Assembly (NCBI RefSeq): GCF_006345805.1
Contig: NC_042997.1
Coordinates: 167,834,001-167,898,000 of the forward strand
Reading direction: 5' to 3'
DNA from: Octopus sinensis
Taxonomy: Eukaryota
Length of the DNA: 64,000 nucleotides
Shown here: positions 40,302 through 54,709 of the stretch, in pieces
Layout: every line of letters begins with the position of its first letter
Position numbering within the stretch: position 1 is the first letter of the stretch
The notes under the pieces: generated by a model
Database searches by the model: none
What the model was told of the DNA's origin: nothing
The model's input: only the letters and a program-made list of their open reading frames with translations
Made by a program: the position numbers and the translations under genes

Positions 40302-43300
40302 TTCACTGGCTCTATAATTTCAATCAGTGTTTTATTTTACCAGTTCTGTTGGTAATTTACTGGTTTATTCTATTAGTTTAACTGGGTGTTTTATCTTATT
40401 CTGTGATCCACACCACAGCAAAAATTTCTAGCTGGAATAGCACTGAGAATGTTCAAGACTATTCTCAGTCTTTCACAATGCTTTTCTCTCACAGACAACA
40501 ATCTCATATTCTCAAACATTATTTGGATAATTTGAGAAATAAAAATTTTATATCAATATAAAATATCTTAGTCCACCAATTCTGTCAGTTATTTTTGCCC
40601 AAATTTTCTCCTCTGTTCTGACCTTTAATAGTTGTTTGAAATTTTCTAGATTCTTTCACATAAGGCTGGTGGAATTAACAAATTAGATAAAAGACTTAGC
40701 ATTTCCTGCGGTTTTTTACATTCTCACTTCAAATTCCACCAAGGTCAGCTTTGCCTTTCATCCTTTTGAGGTCAGTGACATAAGTACCATTTGAGTACTG
40801 AGCATAACTAGTTTCTGCCACAAAAATTTCATGCCTTGTACCTATAGTAGAAAGGATTATTATTAAGGCAGTGAGCTGGTAGAATTAATAAATCAGACAA
40901 AATGCTTAGCACTAATTCTTCTGGCTCTTTATGTTCTCAGTTCAAATTTCAGTAAGGTCAACTTTGCCTTTTCATCTTTTGGGGTTGATGAAATAAGTAC
41001 CAGTTCAGCACTGGGATTGAGATAATAGACTTACCCACTAACCTAAAATTACTGGCCTTGTGCCAAAATTTGAAAGTGTTATTATTGGAATTGTTGTTTG
41101 ACAGTTGCTTTATTTGTCTGCTTCAGTATCTTTTCAATTGGCTGCTTCCTAGTAGTTTGGACTATGTTACCAAACACTGCACTCAGATCGTACCTTGTCA
41201 ATACATGCACCTGGTCCTTAACATGTTGAAACTGTATGAATGTCTTCTTGAAGAAATCAGGTAAATTCTGTCATTGGGTTACCTATCACTCATTACCACC
41301 ACCACCACATTTTTATTTTAAGCATTTTTATCTATTTTAGATTTTTGTTTTAATATTTATATAATGGCACTGAAGGCAAGTAGGTTCCCAGTAAGCTATT
41401 TCTACAATGTCAGTTTAGTTACCAGTTGAGAAATTTCACTTCACTTATTCTCCAGCCATAGTAATAACTGTTAGTTTGATATGCATTTGCACATAAACAA
41501 TCATGTTATTGTTTAGACTCAGATCAGCTCTCATCAAGTAGACCTATGATCTACTGTATTCTATCCTACTTTTTTTTTTTTTAATTAAACATCATATGTC
41601 TAAAACACATTAACTCATTCTTCTGAAGATAGTAGAATGTTATACAAGAAAAATTTGGCTGCTTTTTCTGCCAAGGCAAGTAACCATTTAAAGGTTCTCT
41701 GAATATAAAGTCTTTGGTTGCCTAACAATCTACTGGGAGTTACAGGGTATTTTCATTGTCATTCCATTATAGTGTTGGCCAACAAGTCGATAGTGGGATC
41801 TATCCACCTGTCGATGGTTCATAATCAAACACTGATCACAATCCTATGAACCCCTGGCAAAGACACCTTAGTTTCAGTAACTCAGTCCTCCAAATTATAA
41901 ACTGATATTATAGAGACACACAGTTTACTTTTAGAAGTTATAAGGGTACTGAAAAACAAATATTTGATTATCTTAAGTGATATGTACAATTCCACCCTTA
42001 TTTTAAGAATAGCAACAGAAAATGTTCTTCAGTAAGGTTCTATGTTAAAATGTTCTATGTTAAAACAGTACATGAAAACAATCTAAAACCTTCAGTGATG
42101 TTTTAACAACCCATTGGATTATAACATATTTATTTATAATCTTCAGTTTTCTAATTCATAAACTGGAGTTTATTCACCCTTTATCTTTAGAGGGTTGAAA
42201 GAATAACAACCAATAATATGTAGAAATCAACCATAATCTCTTTCCTGCAAAGATTGGCCTTCTGACCAATCAAAAGAAAAGAGTTATTGGTCAGCTTCTT
42301 GTACCAATTCAGCACTCTTGCTTATAGCTTGGTTTGACCTTAGAACATTAATACTAATAGAATTTGAACTATCAGCACCTCAGCCAGCAGGATTATTGAT
42401 TTGATCAGCTATGACTGCATAGTAGTACCCATAATCCATATTTATATAATACATAAGACTGTGCTAGTCTGAAGTGAGATCTATAGGAACTTATAAAACC
42501 TGCCCATCTTTCCTGGAATAAATATTTAAAAATAAAGCTGTTTGTTAAAATAATTAAAAACAAAACAAATTTTAATTTCAGACATATCGGAGGTCCACAA
42601 GATGAGATGGTTAATGTTGATGATATAGCAGGATTTTCAGTAATTCAAGAAAAACTAGCTGAAGAAAAATCTAACATGATTATTACCCACTTCTTGTTTG
42701 CATTGGTCTGGTCATTATCAGCAACTTTGACCTTTGATTCAAGTCTCAAGTTTCAAGAGTTCTTCCACAAGTTATGTGAAACTGAAAGTATAAATGCAAG
42801 GTGAAAGGAAATGTTTACACATACACATAAATGCACAATATATATTTATGATTATTCTATATCACTTATCGTCTCTTTCCATCATCTTTTTGTTCTTTGT
42901 GTAGTTCAGACTTCCGGCAGGCGACGAGAGAAGACTTCAAGTACAAATGTTATTTACAACTGGTTTATTTACAGGATTCACAGGATAGGTGAAGTGTGCT
43001 GCTCTCAGCTACTATCTTAAGCTGTGTGCGTTTTGTAGTAGCTCCGTTAGTGCGGCCGCATTGCCTCTGAAGATACACATGCAGAAAGCCTCAGCCAGTG
43101 GTGGTGTTCACAAAGTGGCACCAAAAAGAGAGATTTGAAGAGGGTTATCTCTTTATATAGTTTTCTATCGCAAGCCTCGTTGTAATCTCATGCATGGCAA
43201 ATGGATGCAGGTGAGGTCTCGCTCCAGTCTCTGAGATGGCAATGGCTGCCATGAGATCTCATCCAATATGGCGCTGACTGCTTGTGCCACTACACACTTT

Positions 43301-46300
43301 TAATAATAGAGAAATGAATGAAGGTAGTGAGCTGGCAAAATCATCAGCACACCAGACAAAATGATTAGCTGCATTTCTTCTGACTTTCTGTCTTCGGTTC
43401 AAATACAACTGAGGTCAACTTTGCCATTCATCCTTTTGGGATTGGTAAAATGAGTACCAGTCGGCACTGGTGTCCATGCAATCGACTTACCCATTCCCCT
43501 GAAAATGCTGGTCTTGAACCAAAATTTAAAGCCAACATTAAGGAAGTGAATAACTAAATTTGTAGAGCAACAAGCATAATGGAACTAGTCACTGAACAAT
43601 TGATGAACTTATTGAGATAATTGATGAGTCCTGGATCACCTGCCAACGAATTTTGAGCAAGGAATTTGTGAAAAATTTTGAACAAGGAATTTCAGCAAAA
43701 TTTGTGCCTTGCTTCCTCACAGAAGTTCAAAAGCAGTCACAACTGAACTGAAAGAATAGTTGAAATTTGATCTAGACCTTTTTTTTTGAAGGTCATTACT
43801 GGTGATGAAAGCTGGTGCTATGGAATTTGCAGATGTGGAAGAGGTGACGAAAAAATAAGACAGAGGTATTAAAAGACATCACTTTGCAAGAGTTCCAGCA
43901 CTGCTTTGAACAGTGGAAAACACATCTGGATCGATGCATTGCTCCAAATGGAGAATACTTTGAAGCTGATGAAAGAGTAAAATAATATTGCAATATTCCA
44001 GTTTCTTTTGGGCACCCCCTCATATTATGAATTCAAATACCAAAAAAGACTTCATTTTTTATTCATTCATAGTTAAAATATGTACCAGTTATATACTGGA
44101 ATCAGCTCAATTGACTATATCCCTTTCTTTACATTGTAAGCTCAATTCTTGCAAGTGGTAACTTTACTGTTCATCCTTCTGGTATCAGTAGAATAAATAC
44201 TCCTTCTTTATGAATTTGTGTTCCCAGTAAGAAATCATTACATACCTGGTGGGTTGGCTGTGGGAAAAGAAATGGATTTCTCTCTGGTCAAGCACTCATC
44301 AATTATTTAAGTGTAACTGAAGAGGGTGATATATTTGAAAAGTCATGTACTTAAGTATACTTGAAAATTTACTGGAAAGCAGTACTTATCTCCAACCTTA
44401 ACTGAAGTGGAAGATCAAGTAGAGAGAGGTAGTGCTCTCTACTAAATATACTGAAAAGTAAGATGAGAGTAGCAAATATGATCCAACTGAATGAATCTAC
44501 TAATGATAGACAGATCATCATCGTTTAACGTCTGTTTTCCATGCTAGCATGGGTTGGACGATTTGACTGAGGACTGGCAAACCAGATGGCTGCACCAGGC
44601 TCCAATCTTGATTTGATAGAGTTTCTACAGCTGGATGCTTTTACATGCCACTGGCATGAGGGCCAGTCAGGTGGTACTAGCAACAGTCACAGAAAAATCG
44701 TGTTTTTTTTTTACGTGTCACCTGCACACCGGCACAGGTGCCAGTAAGACAGATAGTTGTTACTGTTAAGTTTTTCCTTTGAGGAAGAATGTGCAACTCA
44801 AAATTGATTAAGGTTACCAGAGTACATGGACACAGAGATACAAAACATTCTGGAGAAGGAAAGTATGAAAGCTGAATGATTCTTCAGTGATTTAAAAATT
44901 CAAAAAAGAGCTGGACAATATATATTACAAGAAAGAGGAGACCTATAACACAGAAGACAACTTGGAGTTTTTTGGAGATGAACTGCTGTGACACACAGAC
45001 TAGATTTGTAGATGGTGTAAAGTTCCAGCTATATGGGAGGTAAAAATATTAGATGAATGCTATAGAGATATAAGGAAGTTAGGCAATAGGCCTGGAAAGA
45101 ATAAGAGAAAAAAGGAGCAAAATTAGAAAGCTAGAAGAGAAGTTAAACTCTAAAAGAGTATTGTTATTTGCTTGAAGTATTGCAATATGCATGAGAGAAT
45201 TGCTTGAAAAGCCATTGAACAATGCAGGTAGGGACTGAAATATGAAAGGTGATGTCAATGAATAGAAGCAGGGATAAATATATAGTCTTACTTTACAAAG
45301 GTTCTTTAATATTCCTATGTTCCAACTTTTGTCTTCATCCACTAACATCACCAATGTGTTTTCATTAATTTTTGACCTGCATTGCTCAAAACTTTTTCAA
45401 AAAGTTATCTAATTATACACTTGTCCAAAGAGAAAAGTTGAATGCAAGAAGTTTGCCAATATTCTGCAACATGTGGATGAGGGGCAGTTGTTGTTCAGAA
45501 TTGCAAAGCAATGTATCACTATGAATAGAGACCTCATGATGTCATTGGCGAAAAGTGTGGAATGATAATGCATTGACACTGAGGAGGAACATAGAATTTG
45601 TTTACAAATGATTTTATACCCATGCCAGCATAGAAAATGGATGTTAGATGTTGATGATCACATACACCAGGGGTAGCTGAAAAGTTTCTGGCTTTAGGTA
45701 AAAGAAAATACAGGATCAGTTTATGATTTTATTCAACATATTCCCCTCTCAGATTCACACACTTATTGTAGTAGTCCTTCAGTTTTTATAAACTTTGTAA
45801 AAGAATTAGGAAGGTTGAGCCTCCAACCAGACCTTTCATGATATCCTTAAAGCCAGGAACTTTTCAGCACCCCCTCGTATATGTGTATATATATAAATAT
45901 GTGTGTGTGAGTGTGTGTGTCAATGGGTGGGTGGATATAGATGAATAGTGATACACATATACATATGTGTATCTGCTTGTGAGTGCATACATCTGTGAAA
46001 GTAAGAATGCAGTCACCTTAAAACTTATATATACTTATATATATATTATTTATCTAAGTGTTTTTAATTTTTTAAAATATTTTATTTTGGCAGGCCTAAA
46101 GAAATGAAATTCTCTCGAAGTCTCTTAATCCCTAAGAAAGGATCCATTTATGATTATATTTATATGAAGAAGCAATATGGATCTTGGAGGACTTGGGAAA
46201 GTCTTGTAGATCCAACAATCATTACAGGGAAAACAAAGGTGATTAAACCCGTTTTCATTATATTTGATAATTATTGGTTGAGGAATAATAATGTTTTGTT

Positions 46301-49096
46301 TTACCATTGTCAAAGACACAGCAGCTGTTTGAGTCTAACACACGACTGACTTGTTATGTTAACAGTTAGAGTTCAAGCATTACTGCAAAAATCTAAAGTT
46401 ATTTTTGATGTCGTTACGATTCTTTTACCACAAGTCAGCTCAAATTGAGCAGATCTGTGATCAAGCATACAACTCCAAATCATTGGATTTTTGTTTAAAC
46501 TGTAATGTATCCAGGACTACATTATATTAGATATACAATTCTCCTCTTTTAACATCTTAGGGTATGAGCTGGCTGGATTTGAAGTGGGTGGCTAGCTATT
46601 GTTTATAGCCAATCAAGTAACCACCTTTCTTGAACCAGTTGTTTTGCATCTGGTGAAGTCACATAACACTTCCTGTTATGATTACTGATTCCATTTACTA
46701 TCTGAGTAGTTATTAGCAAGAAAGGTACTCAACAGTAAAAAAAACAGTTGCTCAAACAACCAAATATTTTTTCAAAACATTCTCTCACCTTATTGGATAG
46801 GGAATGTCAACAAAACTAATAATGCATGAAGAAAAGACATCATACATGAGTTGGGAGGATTTGCTGTAGAAGACTATGGTTAATGTAGAACTTATGACTA
46901 TATTTATGTGAAGAAGTGTTTGCAGTTTAATATATTACAAGAACACAAGAGGTGGAAGAAGATGCAGTTCAATTTATGGGATAAAAACGAAATAGATAAT
47001 TACAAGCAAAGTGAGTGTTGTCATAATTGTATTGTTGTTGTTACAGTTATAGATTTTTGTTGTTACTGTAATAGCTTTTGTTGTATACCTTGTTCTTATC
47101 CTTGTTGATAGATACAATCAGGCAGGCTTATTGATACATTAGGTTTATGGGTCTTGGAGGAGATGGGAATGTTGCTGTCAGCTGACAATAGATGTTTTTC
47201 AGATAGAGGTGAGATGTAGACTGCAAATTCTTAAAAGTATGTTGGCAGCATTGCTTTTGACCTGGCTGTAATATTACAATATTGTTATTAGTCGTGAAGA
47301 TGTTATAGAAATGAGAAAAGTGTTACAGTAAGGCTACAAGTATTATAATAGTAGTGGTGTTTAGTAAGCAAGTTATAGTAGCACTTGTAGCAATGCATGA
47401 TATAAACACCAATCCCACCTTCAAAAAATGCCCTTCAAAACCTGTTTTTAAAAAATCAAGCTGGACAATCTTCTGAAACATATTCATTGATATAGATGTT
47501 CCTACAGTGTCATAAAGCATATTAAATTGTGAAGTGTTAGGTATTTAAATATTAAAGAAGATATGGCTTTTTATATTTATCTCTAAATCTATAGAGAAGC
47601 TAATGCATGCTTTACTTTGGATAATAGTGTGCTTTCAAAACTCTATCCACCAGATTTTATCATACATGTATAACTCATATCTCAGTTGGATTCAAACATT
47701 TTAGAATTTATTCTCTTATGTATTAATGAATGGGAAAAGCAAAGCACTTTACAAATGCTTTGCAGAAGAAAATAGATTGCCATTGAATCTCCATACCATA
47801 ATAACAAGAGATAGCATTGGATGCAATCAAGGCTTCTAAAAATGTATTATAAGATGTTGTCAGTAAAATTCGTTTTTTCCCATTTATATTAATGCATTTC
47901 ACAGAAAATTCAAATGAGTAAACTGGCTCTGTGATATAGCAATAATGAAAACTTCAGATCAAAGATGTGTTATTTGTCTGCATACATTTTGGCAATGCAA
48001 GACTGAAATACAGTTAATGATCATGAAAATCAGCTAGCTTTTATAGACTAATGCTATGCAATTGCTCATAATCTATCTTTATAATACAAGTTCATTTTTG
48101 GTTTTTATGCAAACATGTTTTAATGTTTCTCAAACACATCTTTTAAAACTATACTTAGATGTCATTTAACCCTTTAGCATTTAAACCAGTCATGTCTGGT
48201 CCAAATTTTCTACCTGTTTTATGTTCAAACCAGTCATATCCAGCCTCTCACACTTCATCTACAATGTCATTCTAAAACTGAACAATCACATCATTGAAAT
48301 CTTGAAGCCTTGAAGTAATAAATGATTAATTCAAAACAATGTGAATAAATAAGGCAATCTGTATGTTAAATGGTTAAGAACTATTATTATTCTATGTTTG
48401 ACTTTTGCTTTATGTCTGTACAAGTTGGCTCCAAGTCTCACCCAGAGACCTCAAGAGACAACAGGTTGGAAGTTCTGTGCCATATATTTGGGTTTTTTTT
48501 TTTTTTTTGGTGTTGTACTAGTGAATGTCTAATACATAAAAATAAAATAAAAAAAATAAAATAAAATAAATAAATAAATAAATAAATAAATAAAGTTTGT
48601 TTTAAACCTTGGGATTACATAGAGAGTATTTTGCGTAGGATATGAGCAGTTCCCATGAGCACTATCTTTTGAATTTCTGCCATTTTGGGGTTTCCTGGTA
48701 TCTGAGTTAGGTAGCAATTAGTCCCTTTCGCTATCATTCCCAGGGCACCTATGACAACAGGTATTGTTTTAGTCTTCAGCTTCCACATTTTGCTGATTTC
48801 TATTTCAAGATCTTTATATTTGCTCAGTTTTTGGTAGGTCTTGACAGATACGTTTATATCGATTGGGACAGTCATATCAATGAGGAGGCATGTTCTTTGT
48901 CTGAAGTCTTTCAATATGATGTCTGGCCTATTTGCATCTATCTTCCTGTCAGTTTGAATGGTGAAGTTCCAGAGGAGTGAGATGTGGTCATTTTCAAGCA
49001 CTGGAAGTGGATTATGTTCCCACCAGTTTTTTTCATGGGGCAAATCCAGGTTTTTGCAAATTACCCAGTGAATATATGAATTATTATTATTATTAT

Positions 49097-49129
<33 letters not shown>

Positions 49130-52100
49130 AGTTACCTTTTTTGGATTTTGATATTTTCCAGGGTTGAGATTCTAAGGATTTGAACCTTTCATTATTTTAA
49201 TTCTTGAGGTTTCAGCATCCAAAGTTATGGTGTTTAAGGTTGTATGTTTCAAGATTAAGACCCAAACTCTTAAGAATGGTACTAGTCTATCTACAGGGAA
49301 TTTATTTTGTATTTGCTTAACAAGGAAACCTGAGTAAATCACTTGTTCTTAAAATACTTTCAATGGTTGCAGGGTATTTATATTTCTTTCATCATAACTT
49401 TCATATCCATTTCTAGATGAACAAAGTTCTAGTGAATACAAAAGAGACTGAAAAACAGAATTTCTTTTTGAGGCTCTTCTTCAATCAAGGAAAGCCTTTA
49501 CTATTTGTTGGCCCTACAGGAACAGGAAAAAGCTCTGTTATCAATAGCTTTCTTTTGAAACTGAATAAAGACTCCTACATAACATGCAACATCAACTTCT
49601 CAGCACAAACTTCAGCCAATCAGACTCAAGATATCATTGTCTCCAAACTAGAAAGGTAGGTGATGCATTTTACATCTTGGCAAAACCCAGTTATCAGAGA
49701 AGGAAAGAAAACTTTTCCCAGAACATGCAGCTTTCTAATTAGAACACATCAGGGTATTTTTTTCCTTTTTTGTTTTACTTTGTTTGGTGACTTGGCCTTT
49801 ACTGACTTTGTTCTCCCATGTTTCTTAATTTAAATATCCAGAGGATGAAGAATTTTACTAATGACAGTATTTATTCATTGATCAATATTCAAATTACATC
49901 AAATTTACTTTCTTTACAATATACAATATAAAATTGAATCATCAACAATATTATTTCACCCCTTGATTCAGCAGACCTATGATAGAGAACATTTGAACTA
50001 TAAACACTCCATTTATTTTCAAACACAGTGTATGTAGGAAAATATTACTCAATGTATCCTTCTTTTTTAAGATAAGATATAAATTTAAGGGGAATTTGGC
50101 TGCTATTTTCAGCAGATCAAGCCCTCATACAGAGTCCCCCTGGAACAGCAGTGATAGCTGAAGGAGAACAGAGTTATAATTACATTTATCTTATCATTAA
50201 GCAAGGTAGAACACCAGTGATCACTTATGCATCCTGCTAAATAATATTTATCTGATATCATACGACCAGATAGAACAAAGTACCGTAAATCCTCAAGTTT
50301 AATCCACATTTTTTCCCCAAAATTTAAAGATCAAAATCCCTAGTGCGTACTATATACGAGGTTAAAAATGAAAATAATTTTCTAAGCAATGTCCGAGTCT
50401 CTATTTGCTGTCCAGCAATGCTTATTCTGACGCATTTTATGATGTCGGGCACGAAAATACCTTAAGCTAAGCCTGAAAGCAATAGAGTCATGAAAGAATC
50501 ATCCATAACATGCAGTAAGCAACATTTATTAACCGTTATTACTGTTATTTCTTTATTTTCTGCAAACAAAATGCACAAAAAAGCTTCACGTTTGCATTGT
50601 GTTATATATACAATAATAATAAAGGACGTTACCGTATACATTTTTACAAACCAAGGACGTTATATAGGCCTCCTTGACTCAAGTTAGAGAAGGGGTGTGT
50701 ATTATACACAAGGTTTTGGTTTTTCAGAGGTACGGCCCTCAAAAAATCCCCTGCGTATTATACTCAAGGGCAGACTATACTCGAGGATTTATGGTACATA
50801 CATTATTTATTGTATCATATCTTGAGTTATAACTTTTAAATGTGCTGGGGATAGTCCAAGAAGTACCCACATGAAAATCCAAATCCCAAATCAAGCTGTA
50901 ACACAGACAGATAGTAGTTGGGTGTTTTTCCCTTCAAGGTAGAAAAACACTGTTTCCTATAAGCATACTGCACGCTACTTGTTTTAATTTTGTTACCAAC
51001 TCTTTTGTATATGTATATTAGTTGTTACATTTTGTATTTTTCTCATTCTTCTCTCAACTTTTCTTTATTTACCATCCAGTCAGTAGGCTTAATTTTTGCC
51101 TGTTACTGCCCTTGTCTCGCCTTTTTTCTGTCCTTATTTGTCTATTGTGTCCACTTGTCAATACCACAGAAACTTACACTGCTGATCCTGACAAACTGAA
51201 CAATATTGTTAGGCATCAAAACCATGATGATAATTTGTTTGACAACTGATGAGGGGCTCAGCATGTTTGTATTTGTTTGTGCATTTTATTTTCTATTTTT
51301 CTTTTAAGTTTCTTTGTTTTCCTGTGCTATCCTTTTCATTATTACATTAGACATATATGTGTATGTGTGTGTGTGTGTGTGTGCATACACATATATACAA
51401 CAAAATGTTGTTAAACTATATTTATCGAGAGAAGTAAGAAACAAATTAAAAGTTATGGCACTCTTTTAATAGCTTCTCTTTCTTTTTTATATTTAATTGA
51501 TATCATATATAAATAATGTACATTCTTTGTATTTTGAGGAGGTGTAAAGGAGTCTATGGTCCTTCAGCAGAGAAAACATTGTGTGTGTTTGTTGATGATT
51601 TAAATATGCCAGCTCTTGAAAAATTTGGTGCTCAACCTCCAATAGAACTACTGAGACAGTGGTTAGACCATGGATTCTGGTATGATAGGTATGACATTTC
51701 CTACTATCTCTTCATGTTTTTTATACCCGTTTTTACTTATTTATTTTACTTCTTGCTGGTTTCATTCACTAGACTGACCATGTTTAGGTCCTATTTTCTA
51801 GGACATGAGTAATTTTTTTAAAATTATTAACTGAGGTTATTATTTTAAAGCAAGCTTAAGAATAACAATAAAACTTTTACTAGTGGAGGAACTCAACAAA
51901 ATTTGTATCTATCAGGACTGAGACATTGTTCCTCTCCAGCAAGTCTTCCCAGTGTACTCTGCATATTAGTAGATCACCTCTGAAACAAATGGAGAAGTAT
52001 CTTGCTGGTACATTCATGAGTGCTTGGATGCTAGGATTGCAGGTCCTGGTAGACTTGCAAGGCCCCTCTTCCAAAATTCATTTGTCTCTGCACCGAAAAA

Positions 52101-54678
52101 CAACGAGACCTGGGATGAAGTGGTGAAGCACAACCTTCGAACATTAGGCCTCACCAAGAAAATGACTAGCAGCCAAGACCTTTGGAAATATGCTGTGCTT
52201 GAGAAGACTCAGCAAGCCAGATGTGGCCTATGCCAGGAGCATAACCAGCCCACTTATGCGTAGCTTTTCCTTCTTTGGTCACTAAACTTTGCTTGTGAAG
52301 ACCTGTTGAGGCAAGTGAAATCAAATCAAAATCATTTTGATGACTAGCATCCGTGCTAGTGGGGTGCAAAGAGCACCATACGAGTGTGATTGCTGACAGA
52401 GCGGCTATTCAAGTATGATTGTTACCAGCGTCGCCTTACTGGCACTTATGCCTGTGCTAGCAGGGTGCCAAGAACACCACCCGAGCATGATCGTTGTGAT
52501 CGTTGCCAGAGCAGCCAACTGGCTTCCGTAACCATGGCACGTAAAAGGGCACCATTCGAGCGTGATCGTTACCAACGTCGCTTCACTGGCACCTGTGTTG
52601 GTGGCACGTGTAAAAAGATTCAAGCGAGGTCATTGCCAGTACCGCCTGACTGGGCCCCGTGCAAGTGGCACATAAAAAGCACCCACTACACTCTCGGAGT
52701 GGTTGGCATTAGGAAGGGCATCCAGCTGTAGAAACTCTGCCAGATCAAGACTGGAGCCTGGTGCAGCCATCTGGTTGCCAGCCCTCAGTCAAAACCGTCC
52801 AACCCATACTAGCATGGAAAACGGATGTTAAATGATGATGATGATGATGATGATATATATACATATATGAAATGTGTGTGTTCATTTATTGAATTCAGGA
52901 AAGACACTACTATGTTTGAGTTAATTAATGTAAAAATATTGTCAGCGATGGCACCAACGAGTGGAGGCCGCAATCCAATAACCACACGTTTCCTGCGTCA
53001 CTTCAACATCATCCATATTGATGCATTCTCAGAAGATATTCTAAAGGAAATTTTTTCACCAATGACCGAATGGCATTTCAGACAATTCCCTGTATCTTTG
53101 CGCCGATTCTCACGGGTGAGTGACACTTTACATATTTTTCCCCTCCATTGCTGATTAGCTAATCAATGATTTTGATAGTGGTAGTGTAGGTGGTGATGTT
53201 AGTAGAGAATATAATTGTTCCTTCTCGAGCCATGCCTGGATCGTAAGGGCTGGTTTCCCGGTTTCCTTGGCGTATGGGTTCCCCACCTGGATGGGACGCC
53301 GGTCCATCACAAGTGAGCTGCAAGATGCAGGAGAAAAGAGTGAGAGAAAGTTGTGGTGAAAGAGTCAGCAGAAGTTTGCCATTACCTTCTGCTGGAGCCG
53401 CATGGAGCTTTGGTGTTTCGCTCATAAACACACACATCGCCTGGTCTGAGATTTCAACCCGCGATCTCTCGACCACGAGTTCGCTGCTCTAACCACTAGG
53501 CCATGTGCCTCCACAGAGAATATAATTGTCATGATGACAGTTTTTATTGCTGTTGTTTAGCTCCAGCTCAATCCTGTTTGGATATTCCTTTGATCTAAAC
53601 CATCCCAACTTTGCAGAAGCCCATCATGTGTATGTGTATGCATGTACTTTCATGCATGTCTATGTTTGTCTACCACCATTTAACAGCTAGTGTAGTTTTA
53701 AGTCCCTATAACTTAGTGGTTCAGCAAAAAAAAAAAACAAAAGGAAACAGACAGATTTAGAACCAGATTAAAACAGGTACTGGGGTCAATTTGATTGACT
53801 TAAAAATACTTTCAGCATGACATGCTGACATAACCACAGTCTAATAACTGAGACAAATAAATGAAAAGAAAATATATGTTTATATTTTGTGTGAGTGGTA
53901 ATTAATTGCAATGCTGGTATGTAATGTGTGTGGGGGGGGGTGCACATATATACACATACTCTACATGTGCCCTTGTGCAAAAATCTCTTTTAGTGTTGCT
54001 ATAATATTGGGATAGCCACACTAATTATATTCTGTGTCAATGCCAATACCATAATTATACCATGTTCTACCTTGTCCAATGTCTCCAATTTTACATTAGA
54101 AAATATTCTGTCATCTGCTTCATATTTATACATTATACTAAATTATTCTGTTGTGTCTGGGGAGAGTCATTTTCTTTTTGTGCCTTAAAATTTAACATAC
54201 TCACCGGCAAAATTTCCACTTATTTTTTATTTTCCTAAAAGTTTCATTGCGTCTTGCAACCTTTTCAATAGTCTTGACTCTGTCCGTTATTTACACTGTG
54301 TTCCTTTTTGATTGTTTGTGCGCATGTGTGTGGGTCAGTGTTTGTGTGTGTGTGTGTACCTATGCATGCATGTACGTATGTATATGTGTATGTATGTATG
54401 CATGTGTATGTATGTATGTATGTGTGTGCATCTGTATGTATGTATCCTGTATATTCATGTGTTTGCATGTCTGTGTTTGTGTATTTTCTATGTATGTGTG
54501 TTTGTATATGTATGCACCGCTGTCTCCACTAAATTATACTCTTTGGAAAGTCCTTTTATATGCACCCAAAATACTTTTGCTGATCCTTATCTTTTCTAGC
54601 ACATTAACTCGTGGAGAGAACACAACAGAACATTTAAAGCCCCATGCTTTCTTTTCCTTCTTCTTTCTCTCTCTCCTG

Positions 54679-54709
<31 letters not shown>

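Noticed and set aside
44780-45300. Purine-rich stretches suggesting decayed LINE coding sequence (also 9100-9390, 10360-10720, 11500-11760)
   Set aside because: No motif could be read with enough confidence to assign a family.
51246-51262. CTGATGA hammerhead core (also 1665 and minus strand near 55925)
   Set aside because: No stem II followed by GAAA, so no ribozyme fold can be drawn.
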